Shown one piece after another: positions 28,070-41,815 of a DNA stretch of 64,000 nucleotides. The translations under genes and the position numbers were made by a program. Where the stretch lies: assembly GCA_951406725.2 (NCBI GenBank), contig OX597838.1, positions 29,450,001 to 29,514,000 on the forward strand. Reading direction: 5' to 3'. Each line of letters opens with the position of its first letter. Within the stretch, counting starts at the first letter, position 1. Source of the DNA: Octopus vulgaris. Taxonomy: Eukaryota. The notes beneath the pieces were generated by a model, which searched no databases, was not told the origin of the DNA, and worked only from the letters and a program-made list of their open reading frames with translations.

Positions 28070-29985
28070 TGAACTTATTGTATCATATTACTCTTTCATG
28101 TACATTGTTTTGTTCTATATTATTATGTTTGACCTTAATGTTCATATGTAGTGGTTTAATAAATTATGTGATTGAGTATTATCTGGTAGTTGATCATTGA
28201 TTAAGATGTGTTTCTCCATTTTCTTATTTTGTATATATATATGCATATTTTTTTATACAAACATACATATTATAGATGTACTTATATGTACATAGTCATA
28301 CACACACATACATACATACACAAATACATACATATTTATACATAGATACATACATCCAACATTATAAGAGATGAATATGAGAGAGAATAATTAATATTAG
28401 GTAAGCAGAGGTGACATAAAAATTTAATAGCAATCTTTATAATCATATACATACATATATATATATATATATATACACACATACATATATATACACACAT
28501 ATATATTGGTGTTAGGAAGGGCATCCAGCTGTAGAAACACTCCCAGATCTGACTGGGCCTGGTGCAGCCTTTGGGCTTCCCAGACCCCAGTTGAACCATC
28601 CAACCCATGCTAGCATGGAGAGCAGACATTAAACGATGATGATGATGATGATGATGATGATATATGTACATATATATAAACTCAGACACATATGCACATG
28701 TATGTATATCCCACAATCACTACAATGTGTGTGTGTGTATGTGTGAGCACGCGTGTGCATGTATATATATATATATATATATGTACATACTACAGTCGTG
28801 TTTAACATTTTAACCGATCAACAGAAGGGCCTGTTTCTATGAGAGTCCTTCTGGCTGATGGACATGTTGGGCGGCACCATTAATGGCTCGTCTTGAAGCA
28901 CATCGAGCGTACGGTTATGGTACAGGGAACAAGAGGAAGAACAAAGTTCTTGGATCTCTGCGGAGGAAATAACCGAATCACTTGCAACAGTGACTTCTGG
29001 AATCTGCTCGACCACGGAATCATCGACCAATCAGGTGGACATGCAAAGCCTGGGAGACATCAAAGAGAGTTTGTTCTGAGAATTTGGTAGGATCCGGTCT
29101 CAGCAGCGGAAGTCGAAATGAAGGGAAGATGGAAGGTGTGAAAGAAGGAAAAAATAGAATAAAATAAAGGGAGTGGGAAGGAGGGAAGGATGAAAGATAA
29201 GAGGAATGAAGGAAAAAATAGTAGAACAAAATGAAGGAAAGAATAGTAGAATAAAATGAAGGAAGGAAGATTGAATGAGAGAATGAATGAGAGAGAGATA
29301 GACAGGAAGAGAGTGAGAGAGATAGACCAAATGAATGAGAGACAAATAGAATGAAAGTGAGAGTGATAGATAGAATGAGAGACAGAGAGAGACAAAATGA
29401 ATGAGAGAAAGAGATAAGCAGAATGAAAGAGATGTAGGGAACTTGAATGAAAAAGCCCAGATGAACGAAACTTAGAATGAAACTTAGAATGAAAGATAGA
29501 AAGTGTAAATGAGTAAAAGAGCCAGAATGAAAGAAAGTCAAGATGTATGAAAGAGATAGAGTTAATGAAATGATAGAATGAAAAAAATGAATGAAAGACC
29601 AAGGGAAAGAAACAGAAAGATAGAAAATGAAAGAGAGAAAAGAAAACAGCAGATATGGGTGACAAAGAATCCAAAGAGGAGAGTGAAGGAAATTATAAAT
29701 ATAGAGAGGGAAAGAGTGGGGGAGAGAAAGAAAGAGGAGAGGGGGGAATGATTGACAGAGAAAAGAGATAGAAGTGAGAAAGAGAGAGAGGGGAAGAGAG
29801 AGAGAGGGAGGGAGACGGGGGTGAAAGACAGATGGAAAGAGAAAAGCGAAAAAAAAAAAAAACAGATGTCAATAGGTTTAGGGGGGGGAGGGGTGACGTG
29901 CGAGGGGTGGGGGTGGAGAAAGATGAAATAAATAATTAATTAAATGATTAATTCAATGAATGATTAATTGATCATATATACATAC

Positions 29986-30032
<47 letters not shown>

Positions 30033-31805
30033 TATATTTATATATCTAAACACAGAAATATATACATAATATATTTATTCATATATATGCATATCCATAT
30101 TGATATATAAGTATATATATATATATACACATACACACACACACACATATATATATATACACACACACATTTATATATAAATATATCCATATATCCATTA
30201 CATATACATACATGAATACAAACATACATATGAATACATATAACTATATATATATGCCTATATTTACATATATATTACACACATACATATACATATAATA
30301 TATATATATATCTACTTATATATATAGGTATACATATATATATATATATACATACATATATATATATATATATCTACTTATATATATATATCTACTTATA
30401 TATATAGGTATACATATATATATATATATATATATACACATACATACACACACATATGCATCTATATGTGCGTGTACATGTGTGTGTGTTTGCACACGCA
30501 CATGGATATGTGTGAATGAATGTATACAGCTTATTAAACCTAAGTCTACTCCCTACACTTCACCACCACCACCACCACCACCACCACCACTGCAACACCT
30601 CCACCGCAACACCACCACCACCACCACCATTTACAGCAAAAGCAACAGTAATATTCCAAAGACGGAATTTCAACATGATCCTTTCCCAAAGATGGTCGGA
30701 CAAAGGAGTAGTTTTTTTTTTTTGTTTAGGGAGACTTAAACTTAGCTGCTATATCTAGCAGGTCGAGTAACCGCATAGAGACTAACTCACTTGCTTCTTA
30801 AGGGCATGATGATGGTGGTAGCAGTGGTGGTGATTCATTGGTCAACAAGGACAAATGACCTTTTGTGTATGAATATTGGAATATGTGATGGTGGAGGCGA
30901 TGATGATGGTGGAGGCGATAAAGATGGTGCTGGTGGAGATGATGATGATGGTGATGATGATGGTGATGATGATGATGATGGTGATGATGGTAATGGCTAG
31001 TTACTATGGCGATGGTATTGATGAAAATATGAAAGCAGTGAGGGTGATGATGATGGTGATGAAAGTGGTGATGGGGTGGCAGTGGTGCTGGTGGTGAAAA
31101 TGGTGGCAATGGTAGTGGTGGTAGTAACAGTGATGGTGGTAGTTGTGATGGTAGTGGTGGTGATAGTAATGGTGGTGGTGGTGGTGGTGGTGGTGGTGAC
31201 GGTGGCACTGATGGTATTGGTGGATGCTGGCAGCATGACAAACCAGAAACTAGTCATGAAAATTCAATAGAGCTGAAAAACTACCACCACCACCACCACA
31301 CCACTACCACCACCACCACTACTACTACCACCACTACTGCAACAGCCACCAGCCTCACCTCCACTTTCACACACACCCACCATCACTGCCACCACAACCA
31401 TCATTGTCATTATCACTGAGGTCAGCATTGCCTTTCATCCTTTCAGGGTCGACTGAAGGCGGTGCTCCAGTATGGCCGCAATCAAATGACAGAAACAAGT
31501 AAAAGAGTAATATATATATATCTGCCAAAAAGCATCGGCTCCAAACCTCAAAGACTTTTCCATTCTTCCTGCACATCAAACTAATACACCTGCTTACTGT
31601 TTCCGTCCCGGTTTCTCTCTTTTCTTTTCTGTACATAGGGACCATGTGTGTGTGTGTGTGTGTGTGTGCGTGCGTGTCCATGCATGTCACAACAAACAGC
31701 ACCCTTAGGACATTCTGTCAGCCCCAGTTGCACAGAGATATTCTGAAACCTGAAAACATGATTCAAAAATCCCTTATTACACCTACAAGCCCTTGGAGGT
31801 ATACT

Positions 31806-32039
31806 TATTTCTTTATTACCCACAAGGGGCTAAACAAAGAGGGGACAAACAAGGACAGACATAGGTATTAAAGTCGATTACATCGACCCCAGTGCATAAC
31901 TGGTACTTAATTTATCGACCCCGAAAGGATGAAAGGCAAAGTCGACCTCGGCATAATTTGAACTCAGAACGTAACGGCAGACGAAATACGGCTATGCATT
32001 TCACCCGGTGTGCTAACGTTTCTGCCACCTCGTCGCCTT
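31806..32039 (-). mobile_element. SINE family A monomer
   Basis: Full head-to-tail match to 14254-14487; AGGTATAC direct repeat on both flanks. Confidence 0.85.
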
Positions 32040-32311
32040 TAGGTATACCAAATGCACCCATCTTGGCTCTATCCCAAAAAACACCCATATTCTTGTTTCT
32101 TTCTGCCACCCATTGTGACCCTTCTGCTGTCACCCCCCACCACAATCTCTCTCTCTCCCCTCTACTCCCTTCCTCGATCATCTGAGTTAAATTAGCCATC
32201 TTAGGTCACAGAGTACTCTGTTAGCCATGACCAGCACAGGATGGGGTGGGGCTGCATTGTGCAGTGTACAAGCCACCCATGTCCCACCCTGTACTGGTGC
32301 CATGAAAAATA

Positions 32312-32474
32312 CCATATTTTAACGTGTATAAGGAGCACCCTAATTTTTTATACTTAAAATTTGGAAAAACAGGTTTTATAAGGGATTATAATATTATCCA
32401 TGTACAAGAAACTCCCATATTTTTTTAACCTAATTTTTGACAAAAAGGGGTTCTTTACACACGCTAAAATATGG
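32312..32474. mobile_element. Tc2/pogo-like MITE
   Basis: TA|CCATATTTTAACGTGT...ACACGCTAAAATATGG|TA: TIRs with a TA TSD. Confidence 0.75.
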
Positions 32475-32946
32475 TATATCGAGTACACAGTGTAAAATGG
32501 ATGGCAAAGAAGCAGAGAATGAGATCGCTTTAGTGTGGTCTGGCTGAGGATTTATCAACCTCTCTGGTGCTGGTGCCATGAGAAAATGTACTGAGTCCAC
32601 TTTGAACAATGGTTGGTGACAGGAAGGGCATCCAGCCAGGGAAAGCAAACCAAATGATACATATGGGCAGTTGTCGATGAGAACGGTGGCTTCTTGATAA
32701 AAACTGACTCAGATGATTACGATGGCTCAACTAAGCCATGACAGTATGGGAAACAAAGTGAGGGGGGACATGATGATGATGGTGGTGGTGGTGGTGGTGA
32801 TGATGATGATGATGATGATGAACATGGTGGTTGTGGAGCGGGGGGCAGGGGGCTGGGATGATGGTGAAGGTGATGAGTCATTAGACAACAGAGACAAATG
32901 ACATTTTTGTGGAGGAACATGGAATATGTGGTGGTGATGGTGATGG

Positions 32947-32979
<33 letters not shown>

Positions 32980-33631
32980 CGGTGGTGGTGTTGCTACTGG
33001 TGCTGGTGATGGTAATGAGGACAACAATAATGACAATGCCAATGATGGTGATGGTCATGATGATGATGATCACAATGATGATGGTGGCAGTGGTGCTGAT
33101 GGTATTGGTGATGGTGATGGTGGTGGTGGTGGTGGTGGTGGTAGTGACGATGATGATGGATGATGGTGGTGCTTGTAATGAGGACAATGACAGTAATGAT
33201 AATGCTGATGATGGTCGTCATGATGATGATGATGATGATCATGATCATGATGATAGCAATGATGGTGGTGGTGGTGGTGGTGGTGCTGATGGTACTGGTG
33301 ACGACAATGATGATGATGGTAGTGGTGGTGGTGGTGACGACACTTCACAGCTTCTGAACTTATTGAACCCCATTAGGATGTCTCTCAGGGACTAACAATG
33401 TTTACCAATATAGATCAGCTGATAGTTTCACAGGAATTTTCTAGATTTCAACCTACGTCAACTTCCTCTGTCGGCTGAGAATAAAGCCCTCCCTACCCAG
33501 GCCCCCCAACAACCCATCGTGAGACACACAGTTCTTCTCCACTCTTAACCAACTGGTCCTCGTGCATTTTGCACCCTTGAGGAATGTCCAGGATCTGGTG
33601 TTCTCCAACCAGTTCTTTATCCATTTTCTTC

Positions 33632-34428
33632 CAATGGGGAGTCGGAATCGTGGAGTCCAAGTTGGAAACAATTGAGGGGTAGCTGGAGGCAGAGTCAATT
33701 AAGGGGTAGCTGGAGTCAGAGTCAGAGTCAGAAACAATTAACAGGTAGCTGGAGTCAGGATTAGAGTCGGAAACAATTAAGGGGTAGCAGGAGTCAGAGT
33801 CAGAGTCGGAAGCAATTAAGGGGTAGCTGGAGTCAGGATTAGAGTCAGAAACAATTAAGGGGTAGCAGGAGTCAGAGTCCAAGTTGGAAACAATCAAGGG
33901 GTAGCTAGAGTCAGGGTTAGAGTCGGAAACAATTAAGGGGTAGCTGGAGTCAGGATTAGAGTCAGAAGCAATTAAGGGGTAGCTGGAGTCAGAGTCAGAG
34001 TCAGAAACAATTAAGGGATAGCTGGAGTCAGGATTAGAGTCGGAAACAATTAAGGGGTAGCTGGAGTCAGAGTCAGAGTCAGAAACAATTAAGGGATAGC
34101 TGGAGTCAGGATTAGAGTCGGAAGCAATTAAGGGGTAGCTGGAGTCAGAGTCAGAGTCAGAAACAATTAAGGGGTAGCAGGAGTCAGAGTCAAAGTTGGA
34201 AACAATTAAGGGGTAGCTGGAGTCAGAGTCAGAAACAATTAAGGGGTAGCTAGAGTCAGGATTAGAGTCAGAAGCAATTAAGGGGTAGCTGGAGTCAGGG
34301 TTAGAGTCAGAAACAATTAAGGGGTAGCAGGAGTCAGAGTCAGAGTCAGTAAAATAGACCACAATCACTTAATTACATACAAGAGTCAGAGTCGGAGTCA
34401 AAGTTTTTTGTTTCGACTCCACAGCCCT
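33632..34428. repeat. 39/33-bp minisatellite (about 17 units) expanded inside a GGAGTC-rich MITE-like element
   Basis: Unit is AACAATTAAGGGGTAGCTGGAGTCAG(A/GATTA)GAGTCAGA. The ends GGGGAGTCGGA and TCGACTCCACAGCCCT are loosely inverted. Confidence 0.85.
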
Positions 34429-34969
34429 CGCTAATACCATTGCAAATCTTTGTATGACAAAATGGCTGGCAGACATGAAATATGGAAAAACCAAGCAATG
34501 GGACGGACATAAGACACAAAGCTATTATCTCAGGGACTTTTAAGGTGGTGAGATGCTTAGCAGCAAGCATCTGGCAAAGTCAACTTTTGGGATCCTTTCA
34601 GGATCGATAGAATAAGGACTCATCCTCTACAGCAGAAGTGTTAAGGCCACATCCCCTGCTGAAGGGGATTGGCCTGTGGGAGCCCTGTGCTGGTTCTACA
34701 TCAAAAGCACTTCTGCCAGTGCCATGTAAAAGGGCTTGTGCTGGTGGCATGTAAAAAAGCACCCATTACACTTTTGGAGTGTACCCCTTAATTGCTTCTG
34801 ACTCTAATCCTGACTCCAGCTACCCCTTAATTGTTTCTGATTCTGACTCTGCCTCCAGCTATTAGGAAGGGCATCCCAGCTGCTTAGAAACCCAGCCAAA
34901 ATCAAATTCGAACCTGGTGCAGCTCCCCAGCTTTAGTGACACCATCAAACCCATGCCAGCAGGGAAAAC

Positions 34970-35007
<38 letters not shown>

Positions 35008-35206
35008 GTGATGATGAGGAAGAGGAGGACGACGATGATGACAACGACTAGGGGTCAATGGTACTGACTTAGCCTCTCCCCCAAATTGCCAGCCTTGAGC
35101 CAAAATTTGAAAGCCTAATCTCAGGGTAAAGGTTTCAAACACAGCTCTTAACACTACTATTACCACTATTATTATTACCACTACAACTACTACAAACACT
35201 ACCACC

Positions 35207-35277
<71 letters not shown>

Positions 35278-36769
35278 TTCTGCAGCTCCTGTTGCTACCT
35301 CTAATAACTGCAGGTGTTGGTACAACTTCTACCTTCAATAGTACCATCACCACTACCACTGTTGCACACACACACACACACACACACACAGTACATAACA
35401 CACACACACACATAACGCACGCACATACATAAGTGCAATACAACCGCAAACACCTTGCACCATACACACACACACATATATACAAATATGATACTTACAA
35501 ACATACATATACACGCATTCACGCATGCAATACCACAAACACACAAATACATACACATACACACACATCATCGATAAGCTGAGCTTGTTTGGACGTTTTT
35601 AACCCTTGCCCCATCGTCCACTTTGGTCCTGCATTAGTTGAGGGGGGCGGGTCTTTAAGGAGGCATCCAGGGTCTAGGGTGAGTTGATCTACATATGATG
35701 GGCTCCATCCAAACACACACACGCACACGTGCGCATGCACACACATATTATGCAAAATACATGCACACTTTGACACACCACACACACACAAAAATACACA
35801 TACACACACAGGCACGAATACAAATCACATACACACACAGACATATACACACACGCATACACGGCAATACACACACACGCACACACAGAAATACACATAC
35901 ACACACTGACATATACACCACACAAATACACACACACACACACACACACAGAAATACACACACACCCATACAAATGCAAACCACATACACACACATAGAG
36001 ATACACACACACAAAAACACACACTATATACACACACACACGTGCACACACACAGTACACAAGCACCAGGCAGATACAGCGTTTGTTGCACTCAGGGGTG
36101 GAGTTGTTTGTTGTGAATGGTAGGAAGGGGGAGGGGAGGAAGGAGTGGAATTGAAGGAAGAAGGAGGAGGAGGAGGAGGGAGAGATGAGAAGAGAAAGGA
36201 AACAACAGAGAGAGGGAAGGGGAGGAAGTGACGGAACAGATAGAAAGTGAGAGAGAGAGAGGAGAGGAGAGATGATAGAATGGGGAAAACAGAGAGAAGT
36301 GAGAAGAAAGAGCGAGAGAGAGAGAGAGAGAGTCAGTGCATGAGAGAGAGAGAGAGCGGGGGGGGGGGTGAAAGCCCCCTGAGACCAAGCCAGAGAAATT
36401 CTTTCAAAGATGCCAGGAATACCTGCCATGTACTTGTTGAGAAAGTTTCATGTGATGGTGATGGTGGTGGTGGTGGTGGTGGTGGTGGTGGTGGTGGTGA
36501 TGGTGGTGGTGGTGGTGGTGGTGGAGAGCCGTGGTGGTAAATAAAAGAGATGGTTTCTAGGTAGCTTGATAGCTTAAAGTTTATCATCATCAGCAGCAGC
36601 ATCATCATCATCAGCATCATCATCATCATCATCATCATCAGAATCCACACAGCCCTCTCAGCATCATCCTTATCATTATCATCAACTTAATCACCAAGAC
36701 TCCCCAGCTGTTGCCCAGCCTCCCTCTCTCTCTCTCTCTCCCACACACACACTCTCTCACACACATACA

Positions 36770-36808
<39 letters not shown>

Positions 36809-38996
36809 CACACGCGAGTTATACCACAGGATGCTTCCAGAATATAACTTCTTATCTTTCACTTGTTTCACTTATTAGACGATGGCCATGCTGGAGCACC
36901 ACCTTCAAAGGTTGAGCCAAACAAATTGACACCGGTACAAATTTTTCTTCTTTTTTTCTTGTACTTATTCTGTCGGTCTCTTTTTTGCTGAACCCCTAAG
37001 TGATGGGGGTGCAAACAAACCAACACCGGTTGCCAAGCAGTTGGAGGTAGGGGGGGGGGGGGGCAAATACAAAGACATATATACAGGGTTTCCATCTCCC
37101 AAATCCACTCCCAAGCATTTGGTTGGCCCTTTTCTATAGAATCATTTGTGCATTCTTTGTATTAAATGTATTCAATATTTTTCGTGTATCAAGGCGGTGA
37201 GCTGGCAGAAATGTTAGAATGCCGGGCAAAATGCTTAGCAGTATTTCGCCTGCTGCTATGTTCTGAGTTCAAATTCTGCCGAGGTCAACTTTGCCTTTCA
37301 TCAGGCTTTGTGCCTAGAGTGAGAAAAAATTCTAAGAGGATACCAGTCTTTAATCTATCAACTATATATATATATATAGTGGAGACACATGGCCTAGTGG
37401 TTAGAGCAGCACACTCGGGGTGGGGTCAAGAGATCGCAGGTTCGAATCTCAGACCAGGCAGAAGATAATGCCGAACTTCTGCTGACTCTTTCGCCACAAC
37501 TTTCTCTCATTCTTTCCTCCTGCATCTTGCAGCTCACCTGCAACGGACAGGCGTCCTGTCCAGGTGGGGAACCTATACGCCAAGGAAACCAGGAAACCGG
37601 CCCTTATGAGCCAGGTGTGGCTCAAGAAGGAACAAACAACAACATATATATACAGTGCCCCAACATGGCCATGGCCCTTGAGCTGAAACTAGTAAAAGAG
37701 TATTATACACATTATATAATCATTGGCTGAGTTCCTTTCAAGCGTTGGGCCCCAGGGATGCAAAGTGATGGAGTTTGTTTTGAGCGTTGGGCCTCAGAGG
37801 CAATGATTGCAGACCTTTGGCATTGTCATGCTTGAGAAGAAGACCCATGAAGCCAAGATAAATCACAGTCATGGCAGATACTGGTGTCATGCAAATGGCA
37901 CCCATGCCAGTGGCACAAAAAGCACCTTTTACACTCTTGGAGTGGTTGGCGTTAGGAAGGGCATCCAGCTGTAGAAACCATGCCAAAGCAGACTGGAGTC
38001 TGGTGCAGCCTTCCATCATGCCAGCCCAGCTCAAACCATCCAACCCATGCCAGCATGGACAATGGACATTAAATGATGACGACAATGATGATGATGATTT
38101 TCTGCAAATATTATACAACTAGCGTACTTGAGCCATTAATCCTTTCTACCATAAGTACAAGGCCTGAAATTTGTGGGGAGGGGGCTGGTTGATTACACTG
38201 ACCCCAGTACTCAACTGGTACTTATTTCATCGACCCCAAAAGGATGAAAGACAAATTGAACCTCGGCAGAATTTGAACTCAGAACGTAACAACGGGCAAA
38301 ATACCTCTAAGCATTTCATCCAGCGCTCTAACGACTCTGCCAGCTCACCGCCTTTACCTCTGCCATTAATAATAACAGAACTATTGTTAAAAACCAAAAA
38401 TGATGAAAGCTGCTGATAAAGAGAGTGAGGATGTGAATAAAAATACCAAAATACCAGGAAAATAAGAAAATTATTTTTATCACTCCCCAAACATTATACA
38501 GCAGTTTGTGTGTGCTTATATATATGTGTGTATCAAAATGCGTAGCCGTATTTCGTCTGCCGTTACGTTCTTTGTTCAAATTCCGCCGAGGTCGACTTTG
38601 CCTTTCATCCTTTCGGGGTCAATAAATTAAGTACCAGTTACGCACTGGGGTCGATGTAATCAACTTAATCCCTTTGTCTGTCCTTGTTTGTCTCCTCTAT
38701 GTTTAGCCCCTTGTGGGTAATAAAGAAACATATATATATGTGTGTGTCTGTCTGTGTGTCTGGACATGAATGAAAATGTTCATGTGTGTTTGTGAGTGTA
38801 TGCGTATTTGTCTGCACGTGTGTCTGCATATGCATGTGCATTAGTGCGCATATTTGATTGGAAATACATTTTCTTTGCAGCGTAGACATCAAAGACAACA
38901 AAGGTGAAGTGGGGAAGAACTTACAAATTCTAATGTTCCATTATAATAACTTGTGACATAATTACGTGTGTGTGTGTGTGTGCATGTATTTATCCT

Positions 38997-39036
<40 letters not shown>

Positions 39037-39759
39037 TTATTTGGGGCAGATGAAAGATGCAGAGGAAATGTAGGCATTAAATAAATTGTTTACAAATATG
39101 GAGTTCAAAACCTAGGGTATTCCTAACTGAGCTAGCAGACTCTATTAATAAAAACATCCAGCTCTATGAACTATATAGAGCACTCTTCTTTCAATCCTGA
39201 CTTTCGACAGAAATTTTCAATACTACCTACCTACATATGCATAACTATACATATATATCATCATCATCATCATTTAATGTCCGTTTTCCATGATGGTATG
39301 GGTTGGACGGTTTGACTAGGGACTGACAAGCCAGTAGGCTGCACCAGGCTCCAATCTGATCTGGCAAAGTTTCTACAGCTTGATGCCCTTCCTAATGCCA
39401 ACCACTCCGGGAGTGTAGTGGGTGCTTTTTACGTGCCACCGGCACGGGAGCCAGTGGGTCAGCACTGGCATCGACCACGTTTGGATGGTGCTTTTTGTGT
39501 GCCACCAGCACAGGAGCCAGTCAATGGGGGACTAGCATTGACTATGTTTGGATGGTGCTTTTTATGTGCCACCAGCACAGTGAGCCAGTCAGGCGACACT
39601 GGCATTGACCCACACTTGAATGGTGCTTATTACGTGCCTACAATGAAATGGTCCTTTGTCCAAGATGGTGTCCAGGCTTCACTAATTCACTGGACAACAC
39701 AGACCACATGAGTCGCTCATAAAGTGGGGCAACTCCTGACTGAAAGGAAACAACACTGC

Positions 39760-40655
39760 AATGGGAAAGTATTTTTTGTAGGAAAAGCACAATAGTGGGA
39801 AACAAATGCTGTGAGAAAGTATTGTTGTGGGATGGTAGAGTTATGGAAAAGCACTGTTACAGGAATGTATGATTGTGGGAAGGTAGAGTTGTGGGAAACT
39901 GTTGTTATGTAAAGGCCACAGTGGGGATGGTACATTAAAGATAAGGTAATTTTGTGGGAAAGGATTGTTGTGGGAAGAAATTGTCATAGAAAAGTATTGT
40001 TGTAAGTAAGCATGGCAGTGGGAAGGTACTGCTATGAGGAAGTATGGTTATGGGAAAGAATTACTGTATAAAAATGTTGTAGTAGCAAAGTATTGTGGGT
40101 ATGTATGATTATAGGAATGTTTAGCTGTGGGAAAGTCTCACAATGGAGGAAGTTTTTGTTGTATGAAGGCATTGTTGTGGGAAGTTACCGTAATATGAGA
40201 ACATATTTTAACCCTTTCATTACTGTATTTATTTTGAGGTGTTCTGTGTTCCTTTCAATTACTTTAAATATAACAAAGAATTTAGTAAAATAATTTAGTT
40301 ATCATTCAGCTAGTGTTAGGAACATAAATTGTGACTAAGGTTTGGTGGAAGATTTCAATTCAAAACTTATGAAAACAAGACATATGTACTCAGAGCCAGA
40401 GCCGGTTTCAGCTAGGTTAGTAATGAAAGGGTTAATGGGAAAGCACTGGAGTGGGAAAATATTTTTGTGGGAATGTATAGCTGTGCGAAGGTATACTTGG
40501 AGTAAAGTATGACAGTGGAGAAGGTTGTTGTTGTAGGAAAGGATTGTTGTGCGAAGTTTACTGTAATAGAAACAGATTTTTATGGGAAGGCACTGAAGTG
40601 GGAAAATATTGTTGTGGGAGTGCATGGATGTGGGAGGGTATAGTTGTGGGGAAGC
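39760..40655. repeat. Degenerate ~17-20-bp minisatellite with TTGTGGGAA core
   Basis: Recurrent (T)GTGGGAA(G/A)GTATTGT variants in one orientation, interrupted by a piggyBac-type MITE. Confidence 0.7.
40212..40431. mobile_element. piggyBac-type MITE
   Basis: TTAA|CCCTTTCATTACT...AGTAATGAAAGGG|TTAA: perfect 13-bp TIR and TTAA TSD. Confidence 0.9.
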
Positions 40656-41331
40656 ATCAGCGTGAGACGTTAGTGCATCGAAACCATGTGCTTCCCGTCA
40701 ACCTAAGTAATCAATATGTATTTACACATTTTTCAGAGTCACGACTGGTTGAATTGAGAAGTCAAATTCAGACTACTGACCGAAGAGACATTGGCAATGC
40801 AGCAGCTGTACAGAAATGGGAGTGTTTCAGTTAATTCACCCCCTGACTACCTTCAGCTGCACAAATGGGTAACTCTGAAAAGCAGCAAAAGTGCAGAACA
40901 ATTAACAGCTGTTCACAAGGATTGCAGTGTCTGTGTGCATATTTGTAAAAATACATACATCATCATCATCATCGTTTAACGTCCGTTCTCCATGCTAGCA
41001 TGGGTTGGACGGTTCGACTGGGGATCTGTGAAGCCAGAAGGCTGCACCAGGCTCCAGTCTGATCTGGCAGTGTTTCTACAGCTGGATGCCCTTCCTAACG
41101 CCAACCACTCCGTGAGTGTAGTGGGTGCGTTTTATGTGCCACCGCCACAGGTGCCAGACGAGGCTGGCAACGGCCACGATCGGATGGTGCTTTTTACGTG
41201 CCACCGGCACGGAGGCCAGTCAGAGCGTGCTAGACTTGTTTTATTTATATTTCCTGAGCGCCATACTAATACAATTGTTCGTTTGTTTTCCACCTGCCTT
41301 CGTCTTTTGTTTATTTTCATAAAGCTTCCCG

Positions 41332-41366
<35 letters not shown>

Positions 41367-41374
41367 CATGTATG

Positions 41375-41424
<50 letters not shown>

Positions 41425-41571
41425 TATAAATACAATAATGATGATGATAAGTTTATTATTGTTTGTTTTTAGGTCCATGTCTCCCTTGTTAGTTATGAGT
41501 TTAAGATGAAAAAAATGGACATATATATATATACAAACATGCACATACTAGTCTATATATATATGCATATA

Positions 41572-41803
41572 CAGTAATACCTCGACTACCGTGGGTGTTA
41601 TGTTCCACCCCACACCTGTGGCAGGTGTGAAAATCCATGAAGTAGAGACAGTACTGTACTGTATATAATTTTTTTTTTTTATTTTTATGATTTGTATATA
41701 TTAATTTTATTATAAATGCAAAACAACAACACGACGGAGCAATCGAGCTAAGCTTAATTAACAAACTGCGACAGGTGGACCGCAATATGGCAAGGAATTA
41801 CTG
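41572..41803. mobile_element. pogo/Tigger-type MITE
   Basis: TA|CAGTAATACCTCG...CAAGGAATTACTG|TA. Confidence 0.8.
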
Positions 41804-41815
41804 TATAATATAATT

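Noticed and set aside
28818-29090. Plus-frame MRVLLADGHVG...RTVMVQG..KFLDLCG as a GTPase relic, and the 70-aa minus ORF as a Rho exon
   Set aside because: In-frame stop, no GKT/S, wrong spacing, and no suitable minus-strand donor; the similarity is likely chance.
29110-29860. Hydrophobic F/S/L ORFs resembling membrane proteins
   Set aside because: Translation of a purine-rich low-complexity tract.
36410-36450. NFLNKYMA-G|GTATTC as the missing Rho exon end
   Set aside because: Weak donor and no P-loop or switch I upstream; runs into (CCA)n.
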